NCBI GenBank assembly: GCA_051439465.1 | Contig: JBFRWF010000102.1 | Coordinates: 1 to 44,427 of the forward strand | Origin: Xenococcaceae cyanobacterium | Lineage (GTDB): Bacteria; Cyanobacteriota; Cyanobacteriia; Cyanobacteriales; JBFRWF01 | Length of the DNA stretch: 44,427 bases | Reading direction: 5' to 3' | Part shown: positions 26,340 to 34,898 of the stretch, one piece after another | Layout: every line of letters begins with the position of its first letter | Numbering within the stretch: position 1 is the first letter of the stretch | Made by a program: the position numbers and the translations under genes | Notes under the pieces: generated by a model | What the model saw: only the letters and a program-made list of their open reading frames with translations | What the model was told of the DNA's origin: nothing | Database searches by the model: none

Positions 26340-26447
26340 GCCACTTGCCTACAAACGACTCCTTCCTGAAATTGAGTCGCACTTAAGTTAACACACTTAA
26401 ATTTTGAAATTTTCAGAGAGTTGATATTTCAAGGGGATAACTGACCA

Positions 26448-28862
26448 ATGGTAGAGCATGAGGATATCTGGATTGAGGCGGCACTGAATCTAACTTCATC
26501 TGGCCTCGCAGATCTTTTGAAAAAGCTTCCACCTTCTAGGATGCAGAAGCTAGCAATAGAGGCTGCTAGCGGAAATAACTTACAAATGCGGGTTTATGGA
26601 TTGACGCTGGTTAGCCAAGATCATGCTGTGGGAGGAGATCCTCAAATAGGGCTGTTCCTGGCCAAATTGGGTATGCGGCTTTGTATGCAGTGTTTTGAAC
26701 GGCAGGGTTCTGGTCCCGCTGATACCTTCGTGTTTGGGGTGAGTCAATTTGCTTTGAATGCTAATAGGAGCTGGCATAGATTAGATGAGCATCAGCAACA
26801 GTTGGCAGTTATTGATGATACCTTAGCTTGGTTATCCCAACGGAAAGCTAAGGCAGTCTATTCCAAGGATCTAAAATTTGCCAGAGTCGGGGTTCTGATT
26901 GAGCTAGACAGACCGGAAGAAGCGTACGAAGCACTCAATGATGCCCGTAATGAATTCGATCGGACTCGCCAAGAACTTGATAAAGAGGATCGTGAAACAT
27001 TGAAGAAGCATTTTTTGGATCCAATTCTGGATGAGCGTATCAGTGAACGGTTGCTTCCTGCTACTAAACTTAAAGATCGTGATGATACAAACAAGAAAGC
27101 CAATGACAGTCAGCGTAATATGCTCCGAACTGTACTCGGCAATCTTTCGTCCATAGAATCAAAATTTGAGAACCTTTTCGAATCCCTGCAACAACAGCTT
27201 AGCAATGAGCCAACACCGGTATCTCCTACAGAAACCATCAAACAAGCAAACCTTTCCTACGATAGGATTAGCCAATTTTTAGAGGGTCAAGCAGGCGGCT
27301 CTGGCCCTGAGTATCGTCTGAAATCCACGATTCAGAGGGTATCAGCTGTTTTAGCTGATGAGCAGCAAGGACATGATCTACAGACGCTACGAGAATCACA
27401 ACAAACCCTTGAAAGTGTCCGTAAGGAGGCTGGGTCTCAGCAATTTTCTGATATTGTTGAGCAGACCCTATGGCCCCTGTACCTTTGTTATAAGCGTCTT
27501 GGTAAGCGTAAATCTGGTTTTGAAGTTCTCCAAGAAATTCGCCGTTGTGTCCGAGAACGTCGCAAGCAAATATTGGATCCGTTGAAACGGGCATATGTTG
27601 CGCAGCAATACCCTTACCTTTATTTTGCGCTTTGTGAATACTTAATCCAAGATGACAATCCCACTGAACTGCTCTCTGTAATCGAAGAGGCCAAGGGACG
27701 GGTCCTGGCTGATATGGTGGAAAGCCATGCTGCACAGGCACAGATTCCTACATTACCAGGGCAGGCAGCTGACTGGTTACCAGATCATATGAAAAGTCTC
27801 GGTGCCCATTATGTAACCTTCCTGGTTGATGCGGATAAAACCTATGCAGTTTTGCTTGGACGGGATGCCAGCATACATATGGCTGAATTGCCTATCGGGG
27901 AAGCTCAGCTTCACAGGCTTAGACACTGTCTCGATCCATCACTTTGGGGTAAGCGGATTGATTGGTTTGACACTTATCCTACAGATGTTGTGCAGCAGCT
28001 CTCTCCCTTAACGAGTTGGCTCCAGCCAATGGTTCACAGTGGATTACTCCGTCAGGGCGATCATATCTGTTATGCCCCGGATGGGATATTACATCTCGTG
28101 CCGCTCCACTACGTTGATTTCTGTGGGAAACCGCTAATAGAGATGTTCTCATTGTCACGAACCCACTGTGCTTTGCTCTTGTGGGAGTCTACTCGTGAAC
28201 CTGTCAGAAGCCTTGACCATAGTGTGGCCGTTAAAGTGCCAACGATCGATGAGTTTAAAGAGCAACCTGAGAAGGTGGCAAAGCTTGCCCTTGCACCAAA
28301 ATGGCTGGCTGAACATAGAAGAGCCGAGATTTTAGAAGACACAAATGCTGACCTATCAGCTTTAGCAAACATGACACTAAGCAGCAGCATCATCCACTTT
28401 GCAACCCATGGTACGTTTACTCCTGGACAGAATCCTTTTTATCACTCCGGTCTTCTGCTAGCCATCAATGGAGAGTTTCCTAACAAAAATGGATCCAGGG
28501 AATTGCTATCACCAGAGCGGGTAATGGAACAAGGAAATAAGTTTAATTTTCGTGGTTCGCACGTTACGCTTCAGGCCTGTGTTTCTGGTTTGTCTGAAGA
28601 GGGGGCTGGAGGTGATGCCCTTGGCCTTGAATGGAGTCTTCTGATAGCAGGAGCAAGTAGTATCCTCTCTTCCCATTGGGATGTGTCAGTTCATGCCTCA
28701 TCTGACTTCAGTGTGCGGTTTTATGAAAACTGGCTTGAGCAGGGGATGAGTCGCGCCAGTGCTTGGCGAAACGCTTGCTTAAGCCTGATGAGTGACGATC
28801 CTTTTCAAGGAGAAAACGTAGACAAGTGGGCAGCATTTAGCCTGGCTGGTGACTGGCGTTAA
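26448..28862 (+). CDS. CHAT-domain protein (caspase-like His/Cys protease fold) with a large alpha-helical N-terminal region
   Basis: The C-terminal ~250 aa have the CHAT catalytic dyad context (SIIHFATHGTF ... HVTLQACVSGLSEEG ... LLIAGASSILSSHWDVS). The N-terminal ~550 aa are helical with no named domain. Confidence 0.8.
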   Translation: MVEHEDIWIEAALNLTSSGLADLLKKLPPSRMQKLAIEAASGNNLQMRVYGLTLVSQDHAVGGDPQIGLFLAKLGMRLCMQCFERQGSGPADTFVFGVSQFALNANRSWHRLDEHQQQLAVIDDTLAWLSQRKAKAVYSKDLKFARVGVLIELDRPEEAYEALNDARNEFDRTRQELDKEDRETLKKHFLDPILDERISERLLPATKLKDRDDTNKKANDSQRNMLRTVLGNLSSIESKFENLFESLQQQLSNEPTPVSPTETIKQANLSYDRISQFLEGQAGGSGPEYRLKSTIQRVSAVLADEQQGHDLQTLRESQQTLESVRKEAGSQQFSDIVEQTLWPLYLCYKRLGKRKSGFEVLQEIRRCVRERRKQILDPLKRAYVAQQYPYLYFALCEYLIQDDNPTELLSVIEEAKGRVLADMVESHAAQAQIPTLPGQAADWLPDHMKSLGAHYVTFLVDADKTYAVLLGRDASIHMAELPIGEAQLHRLRHCLDPSLWGKRIDWFDTYPTDVVQQLSPLTSWLQPMVHSGLLRQGDHICYAPDGILHLVPLHYVDFCGKPLIEMFSLSRTHCALLLWESTREPVRSLDHSVAVKVPTIDEFKEQPEKVAKLALAPKWLAEHRRAEILEDTNADLSALANMTLSSSIIHFATHGTFTPGQNPFYHSGLLLAINGEFPNKNGSRELLSPERVMEQGNKFNFRGSHVTLQACVSGLSEEGAGGDALGLEWSLLIAGASSILSSHWDVSVHASSDFSVRFYENWLEQGMSRASAWRNACLSLMSDDPFQGENVDKWAAFSLAGDWR

Positions 28863-28897
28863 GCATAGAAATACATTGAGTGAGGTAACTTTTTAAT

Positions 28898-29383
28898 ATG
28901 TCTGCAAAATTACAACAACAGATTGAGCAGCTTGACGATTATAAAGCAGTACGTCTGCTTGAGCGTTTCTCAAAACTTCTGCTTGAAGGGCTCCAAACCC
29001 CTGTTAGCGAAATGATGTCTGCTGTCATACCAGAGGTGAGAGACAGCAATTTCTTTCAAAAGATTCAAGCACTCTCACCTGAAGAGCGCAGCCGTCCACT
29101 TACAGAATCTCAGTCTATAGCAATTGCCCGAGGACTACTTCGCTATTGTGCACAGGAGCCAGCATTAGCACCTTCACTTGAGTCGGTGCTAAATAACTAT
29201 ACAGAAAATGATCGATTATTGGCTGGTCTTATCCTGTCTACTGGTGTTGCCATCTCTATGGTTATTGTGGCATCCACAACACGCTTTAAGGCACGAATTG
29301 GTAACAATATTGTGATTGAGAAGACCACTGCAAATGCTGAGCTGGTTGGTGCTATTACTAAAAATTGGCAAATTAAGAGCTAA
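28898..29383 (+). CDS. Hypothetical protein (161 aa) with a C-terminal hydrophobic segment. Lies immediately downstream of the CHAT protein
   Basis: An ORF begins 35 bp after the CHAT stop. Hydrophobic stretch LAGLILSTGVAISMVIVAST. No domain recognised. Confidence 0.4.
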   Translation: MSAKLQQQIEQLDDYKAVRLLERFSKLLLEGLQTPVSEMMSAVIPEVRDSNFFQKIQALSPEERSRPLTESQSIAIARGLLRYCAQEPALAPSLESVLNNYTENDRLLAGLILSTGVAISMVIVASTTRFKARIGNNIVIEKTTANAELVGAITKNWQIKS

Positions 29384-29433
29384 GCCCATCCGTCAAAGAC
29401 ATAAACTAGTCAAAAACTAGGAAAGATTCAGTC

Positions 29434-31422
29434 TCAATTGCAGTGATATAGTCTATAACTGTAACCATTGACCTTAAGTCGACTTCGGGAGTCTTTCTGA
29501 CAATTGTATGTTTCCGGGTTAATAGTTGGGTGGAAATTGATTGTCCATAAATCTAGAGGTCGCTTTTGTTGAGCGAGAGTGTTGTAGAGGACTGCTGTAG
29601 CGCTTTGAGAGTCATTGTCCTTTTCATGAGCTAAAAGAAACTGTGGGGGACTGAAAGTTAAATCTGTAGTTGGTGAGGGTTCAAGATGTTTAAATTCCCA
29701 CGCTATAACCATTAAGGCTCTTGTTTCCGCATGAGTTTGATGCTCAGTGGCGATTAAAACTGGAGCATCAGACATAGATTGAATCTGGGAAACTAGGAGA
29801 TCGGGGCGTCTCGATTTTTGGTAGCCCAGATTGGAGACTACTGTTAATGCACCGATTAAACCCATGAGCAAAACTGCTCCCACTACCTTTTTCCCTCTAG
29901 CTTTGAGAGAATTAGGTTTCTTGAAGATTTTAGCAAAATTTATCTTTTCTGACTTTTGATTTTTGACTTTGAGCGTTCCCGAAGGGTGGCGAAGCCTAGG
30001 GAATGATACGAAATCCTGGTCTAAAACCCCCTTTATCAATTTGTTGTCTTTTTCTTCCCCTGCTCCCCCCTCTCCGTTCCCCGTTCCCTGTTCCCTGTTC
30101 CCTGTTCCCTGTTCCCTACTACCCTCAAAAAAGGGGTAGTTAACCCGGATTTGGTATGACTCTTCCCAGCAGCTAGCAAGAGCTGCCCCCAATAACACGA
30201 TGAGGGCAGGAAAATAAACGAAATGATATCGAGCAGCGAGGGTCAAATCAATGCCAAGACCATAGGTAAAGACCAAGAAAACAGCGATCGCTGCCAATAC
30301 AAACCCACCTAAAACCTGAGTGATTAAACGAGTTGATGGAAAATTCATCCTTGTTCTTATGCCACAAATGAAAGCAGGGCAAACCCAGATTAGAAACAGG
30401 AGCAGGATTAGAGCAGAAGCTATGATAACTGGCAAATTTTGTCCTTCCACAGGCAGCATAAACAGCATGGTAATTACCCAAACCAAGAGTCGAGCAATGG
30501 GTTCGAGCAATTCTTTAAAGTCTAGATCGTGTTGAATCCATTGAATCAGATTATAGTTAGGGATAGCTGAGGTGACGGGTAACCAGACTAAGCCTGCCAT
30601 CAGAGTTCCCACAGCTACTATGTAAATCCGTCGCCAATGTTGGCTGTTGAGTAGGGGGATGGTAAAGACTGTTTTCTTTGTTCCCTTGGGTTGAGCAAGT
30701 ATCCTACATCTAAAATCCCAAAGCCAGAATCCTGCTATAACTAGCCCCTCGCTACATAGGATGAGGAAAAAAAGGTAATGGGACGCAATTCCTAAACTGT
30801 TTACCCCGATCCAAGTCAATCCTACCCAAATTGGGAAGGAAGTCTGCTTCCAGATATATCTAGTGGCGATCGCTAAGCAAGCTAGGGAAGCAATGCTCCA
30901 TAATACTGCTAGGGTGTAATGGCGAGCTTCTTGAGCCAGATAGATGCCGTAGGGCGAAACCGCCATCAGAGCTGCTGCTATTTGACCGACTAATCGAGAG
31001 CGGAAGGCAAGGTAGCCCAAGGAAAATATGGCTGGAATCGATGCTATACCGAAAATGGCACTGAGCGATCGCCCTGTCCACAGTAAATCCAGTTCCCCAT
31101 TGATGGAAAATAGCTTCATCCAGAGATGTGTTAGCACAAAGTAGGTAGGTGGATGAGTATCCTCATTAATCAAGTAGTGGGTAACATCGTGGATATTTGC
31201 GGTAGAGTTGAATTGCAAGGGCTGTAAGAGACTTTCTAGGGGGAGTGCTCGATCTAGTGGCACTTCTAGCAAACTATTGCCCAAGCTAAAGACTAGAGTA
31301 GCCAGTTCACTAGTTGAGGGAGTTTTATCTGCCAAGTTAGTGAAGCGTAGAAGCACACCGACTGATAACCATATAAGCAGTAGCAGGGGATGTACCCAAA
31401 AACCTAAAGACAAATTGTTCAA
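29434..31422 (-). CDS. Polytopic membrane glycosyltransferase, GT39/ArnT-PMT-like (family 39/83 type), with an in-frame repeat insertion and a C-terminal soluble extension
   Basis: N-terminal ~410 aa have many TM helices and the typical early loop (DKTPSTSELATLVFSLGNSLLEVPLD...THPPTYFVLTHLW). The (GTTCCCT)n dispersed element at 30075-30162 is translated in-frame as NREQGTGNREQGTGNGEGGAGEE. Confidence 0.6.
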   Translation of the reverse strand: MNNLSLGFWVHPLLLLIWLSVGVLLRFTNLADKTPSTSELATLVFSLGNSLLEVPLDRALPLESLLQPLQFNSTANIHDVTHYLINEDTHPPTYFVLTHLWMKLFSINGELDLLWTGRSLSAIFGIASIPAIFSLGYLAFRSRLVGQIAAALMAVSPYGIYLAQEARHYTLAVLWSIASLACLAIATRYIWKQTSFPIWVGLTWIGVNSLGIASHYLFFLILCSEGLVIAGFWLWDFRCRILAQPKGTKKTVFTIPLLNSQHWRRIYIVAVGTLMAGLVWLPVTSAIPNYNLIQWIQHDLDFKELLEPIARLLVWVITMLFMLPVEGQNLPVIIASALILLLFLIWVCPAFICGIRTRMNFPSTRLITQVLGGFVLAAIAVFLVFTYGLGIDLTLAARYHFVYFPALIVLLGAALASCWEESYQIRVNYPFFEGSREQGTGNREQGTGNGEGGAGEEKDNKLIKGVLDQDFVSFPRLRHPSGTLKVKNQKSEKINFAKIFKKPNSLKARGKKVVGAVLLMGLIGALTVVSNLGYQKSRRPDLLVSQIQSMSDAPVLIATEHQTHAETRALMVIAWEFKHLEPSPTTDLTFSPPQFLLAHEKDNDSQSATAVLYNTLAQQKRPLDLWTINFHPTINPETYNCQKDSRSRLKVNGYSYRLYHCN
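30075..30162. repeat. ~88-bp dispersed element, copy 2 (heptamer array + ccctcaaaaaaggggtagttaacccggatttggtatgact), located inside the GT39-like CDS
   Basis: Near-identical to 19003-19089 (2-3 mismatches outside the heptamer array). Same orientation. Confidence 0.8.
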
Positions 31423-31685
31423 CGGCTAAATCCTACTCAACAATGTCCTGCAGTAGAAGCCAAAAGTCAAGAACTAGAAAAGATTTAGAGTAATGGCAAC
31501 TTGGTTTGGGTTGAGTTCCACCACTACATTTCTGAGGATTCAGCCCATTGTCATTAATCCAAGCTAGTAGTAATGATTATCATTCTTTATGAGCGAGCTG
31601 GCGATCGCCTGTTAGTATAAACTCCAGTTGGTAGAAGTCCGTCATAATAAAACCTGGCATTCTTACCTGACTAAAGAGAATCATC

Positions 31686-32219
31686 ATGCAGAAGCTCACA
31701 ACCTTAGTAGCGATCCCAGCACTTATAATCTTGGCTTGCCCTAATACAGCTTTGGCATCAGAAGTAACCATCAAGATGTACCTTACTGACGTCGATGGAA
31801 TAGGTGAAGAGATCGGCAGTATCAAGGCTGAAGATACAGAGTATGGCTTGCTTTTGACCCCTAATCTCTCTGAGTTAACTCCAGGTGTACATGGGTTTCA
31901 CGTACACCAGAACCCTGACTGTGGTCCTGGAGAAAAGGAGGGTAAGATAGTGCCAGGCTTAGCTGCTGGCGGTCATTACGATCCAGATAATACAGGGAGG
32001 CATGAAGGTCCCTATGGTGATGGTCATTTGGGCGATCTACCACCGCTCATTGTAGATGCAGAAGGTGTTGCTACTCTTCCAGTGCTAGCCCCACGCCTGA
32101 AAGTTTCCGATCTGACAGGTCGTTCTCTGATGATCCACATGCATGGAGATAATTACTCCGATACGCCAAAGCCACTGGGTGGTGGTGGAGCTCGACTAGC
32201 CTGTGGCGTGATCAAATAG
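31686..32219 (+). CDS. sodC: Copper/zinc superoxide dismutase with signal peptide
   Basis: Signal peptide MQKLTTLVAIPALIILACPNTALA. Cu/Zn-SOD signature HGFHVHQNPDCG..GGHYDP..GDGHLGDLPPL and C-terminal GGGGARLACGVI. Confidence 0.92.
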   Translation: MQKLTTLVAIPALIILACPNTALASEVTIKMYLTDVDGIGEEIGSIKAEDTEYGLLLTPNLSELTPGVHGFHVHQNPDCGPGEKEGKIVPGLAAGGHYDPDNTGRHEGPYGDGHLGDLPPLIVDAEGVATLPVLAPRLKVSDLTGRSLMIHMHGDNYSDTPKPLGGGGARLACGVIK

Positions 32220-32434
32220 ATGTATCAAACCAAAGGTGCCGATCGCCTTCAATTGGACTGGGGACTGGGGAATGGGAACTGGGGACTGGGTGGAAATTTT
32301 GTGCGGGTATTGAAAAAACCTAAAACCTAACACCTGACCCAAACTATTTCCTAGAATAGTCTGAGATGTTTAGTCCTCTCCGAATTGACTACCAAAATAG
32401 CGCAGAGGATTAAATTCTTGAGTGCGAGGCAATT

Positions 32435-33130
32435 ATGGCGCGAGGCGATCAAATTTACGTCTTCAGAGAGTTGCTTAACCTTCAGGGGGTTTACGAGCAT
32501 CATGGCATTGACTGTGGAAATGGTACCGTCATCCACTACCGCAAGCCTAGTGAAACGATTGAGCGGACGTCTCTGGCTACCTTTGCTAAAGGCAACAAGG
32601 TCTATTTGAAGCAATACTCGGTGGGATTTTGTTTTATCCCGAATGTAGTGATTCATCGGGCAGAAAGTCGATTAGGCGAACGCAAATATAACCTGCTGTT
32701 CAACAACTGCGAGCATTTTGCCAACTGGTGCAAAACGGGGATCTGCGATAGTAAGCAAGTCAGAAATTTTATCCCGGCGATTAGTAAGCTGAATATCCAT
32801 AATTTGTCCGAACCGCTCAAACAAGCACTTCAGGGAGCAGACCCCAATAATGCTCAGCAGTTGTTGAATCAGGCTTTAGCTGATATTAAAGTAGTTTGGG
32901 AGAACATTCAGCCCCAGTACAAAGATGCCCTTAAACAGATCGATATCTGGCATCGGGTTGCTTTGCAAGCTGTTAAACAAGACCGAGAAGACTTGGCCCG
33001 CGAAGCGCTAAGGCGAAAGTTAAGCTATAAGCAACGTGCTACTGACTTGCAAGGTAAGCTGGAACAGCTAGCAACGATGACAGAAACTCTGATCCGCAAC
33101 AGCACAAACTTGCAATCCATTTCACTTTAA
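32435..33130 (+). CDS. LRAT / NlpC-P60 superfamily papain-like domain protein with a C-terminal coiled-coil region
   Basis: H-box (HHGID...VIHY) and the LRAT-family catalytic Cys context NNCEHFANWCKTG. The C-terminal half is helical/charged. Confidence 0.65.
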   Translation: MARGDQIYVFRELLNLQGVYEHHGIDCGNGTVIHYRKPSETIERTSLATFAKGNKVYLKQYSVGFCFIPNVVIHRAESRLGERKYNLLFNNCEHFANWCKTGICDSKQVRNFIPAISKLNIHNLSEPLKQALQGADPNNAQQLLNQALADIKVVWENIQPQYKDALKQIDIWHRVALQAVKQDREDLAREALRRKLSYKQRATDLQGKLEQLATMTETLIRNSTNLQSISL

Positions 33131-33149
33131 AGGAAGGAAGTACAGAAAA

Positions 33150-33737
33150 ATGGTAAAGACTAAAGCAGTGGCTAATTTCGTCGCCGTCAGCGACCTCTCA
33201 AAGCCGGTGGAAGAGCAAGAAGGGATTTTACTGGAAGTAGAAGGTCGCGGTGGAGACACTGAGAAAAATCGTGCCAAGGCATTGTCAATAGTTAACCAGA
33301 TGTGGGAGAATGGGGAGATAGAGGCAGATAAATTCCCTGATGGCATCACTCTAGACAACATTTTCTACGTGCCGACCCAGAAACCTCAACTAAAATCTCC
33401 TCAATCCTTAAATTCAGAAGAAGAACTTTTACCTGTCGTACAGGGAGCGCAGGAAGTCATTCAACTCACGAAACTCCAGGTTGAAGTGCAAGAAGCGGCC
33501 CAGGAAGCTGCCCCCTACATACCAATTATTGAAGCAGTCCTAGACAGAACCCGTCCTTTAACTTTAGAGGAGAAGGATTTAGCTAAAGAGAAGAAGTATG
33601 GCAAGATTATCGAACGAATTGGGGCGGCGATCGCGAATCAGGAGCAGTATAGAGAAACTTGCACGGGAAACGGAAAGCTAATCCTCAATGCAATTGCTTG
33701 GCAGTTAAACCAAACAGGTGTTGCCGAAAACTTGTGA
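33150..33737 (+). CDS. Hypothetical protein (195 aa), acidic/helical. Begins 20 bp after the LRAT-domain gene
   Basis: ORF with plausible RBS (AAGGAAGGAAG ... ATG). No recognised domain. Confidence 0.4.
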   Translation: MVKTKAVANFVAVSDLSKPVEEQEGILLEVEGRGGDTEKNRAKALSIVNQMWENGEIEADKFPDGITLDNIFYVPTQKPQLKSPQSLNSEEELLPVVQGAQEVIQLTKLQVEVQEAAQEAAPYIPIIEAVLDRTRPLTLEEKDLAKEKKYGKIIERIGAAIANQEQYRETCTGNGKLILNAIAWQLNQTGVAENL

Positions 33738-33793
33738 CCAAAACTCAGCCACCATTTAATTTAGGCATGGTTCAAAACAGAGTAACACGCTTA

Positions 33794-33860
33794 GAGGGGG
33801 AGAGAGGGAGAGGGGGAGAGGGGGAGAGGGGGAGATGGGGAGATGGGGAGATGGGGAGAC
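33794..33860. repeat. Heptamer/octamer STRR array (GGGGAGA/GGGGAGAT)n
   Basis: gggggagagggggagagggggagatggggagatggggagatggggagac read directly. Confidence 0.85.
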
Positions 33861-33985
33861 ACCGGACTCCGGGACAAGGTTAAAAGTTCCCCAGACTAAC
33901 ACCCCTATTGTGTTACCTTGCCACGAACCATATTGAACCATGCCGAAATTTTTAATCAATTTAAATTTGTTTGAAGACGAAAAGA

Positions 33986-34116
33986 ATAAGTAGTCGGACA
34001 TAAATTTTGATGACTGTGTTAACTTTTATAAAATGATCAAAACCCTATTGCGAAGCAAGAGACATCGGTTTTTACATTTCTTAATACAGTACTGTTGACT
34101 TATGTCTGACTACTTA
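33986..34116. mobile_element. MITE-like non-autonomous element (~131 bp) with 16-17-bp terminal inverted repeats (taagtagtcggacataa / ttatgtctgactactta)
   Basis: The TIRs are a 16/17 match. Internal sequence shares gactgtgttaac and tttacatttcttaa modules with the repeats at 4170-4222 and 15722-15840. No coding capacity. Confidence 0.65.
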
Positions 34117-34220
34117 GTATAATCAACTGGAGTAGTGGGGATAGTCTGTGCTACCACTGGCGGTGGCGACAGTCCATCAAACCAACAGCGAATTTTTCAA
34201 ATACAGGCAAATAATTAACA

Positions 34221-34262
34221 GTGACCAGTAACCGGTAACTGGTAACTGGTCACTGGTAACTA
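34221..34262. repeat. Heptamer STRR array (GGTAACT/GGTCACT)n
   Basis: ccagtaaccggtaactggtaactggtcactggtaac. The same heptamer family is expanded in-frame inside the downstream Rep gene. Confidence 0.8.
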
Positions 34263-34697
34263 AATGGTGGAAAACACCACTTGGAAAGTTATTGCCATGA
34301 CTCAGGTTTTCTAGAGCGAAGAAGGCTTCCGGGCAGGAGACAGGAGGGAATAGAATTTCATCCTTTTTCGTCAATAGCCATCTTCATTTTGATTGGTCAA
34401 AAATTGAGTTCAGTTATCGGGATAAGGATTAGGGTTCATAATGTGCTCAAAGCTTTATTCGGACTGCCTGGGAGCGGACTGCGGACTGCCTTATCCTAGC
34501 CAGCTATCTTCCCTAACCTACCAGGTTGTGTGGAAAATCCAGCCTAAGACCAACCATTACCCTAGTCCCTACTGCCTAGTCCCTAACCCCTCCTCAAACA
34601 TCGCTGGAGAGCTGTTAGCTCAGCTATTCAACAAGCGTACAAATAAGAAAAGCTGGTTGATTCCCTCTAGTGGCGAGGACGGCTCCAAGCTGATCGA

Positions 34698-34741
34698 TTA
34701 GCTGGATTCCCGGCTGAATTAGCTGGATTTCCGGCTGAATC
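34698..34741. repeat. Two tandem 21-22-bp direct repeats (ttagctggattcccggctgaa / ttagctggatttccggctgaat), iteron-like, ~160 bp upstream of the Rep gene
   Basis: Read directly. Position and spacing are consistent with Rep-binding iterons, but binding is not demonstrated. Confidence 0.5.
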
Positions 34742-34898
34742 AAAGGATTTAAGGTGAAACTCAAATCCAAACACCAAAGAGGCACAACCATGCCTTAAAA
34801 CCAAACGACACCTTAATTATCGTTCAGCTTTTCTACTAAAGCGCCACAAAAAGGGAAATCGCCAGAAGTAAAAATTTACTCCTGGAGAGGAGAGTACC

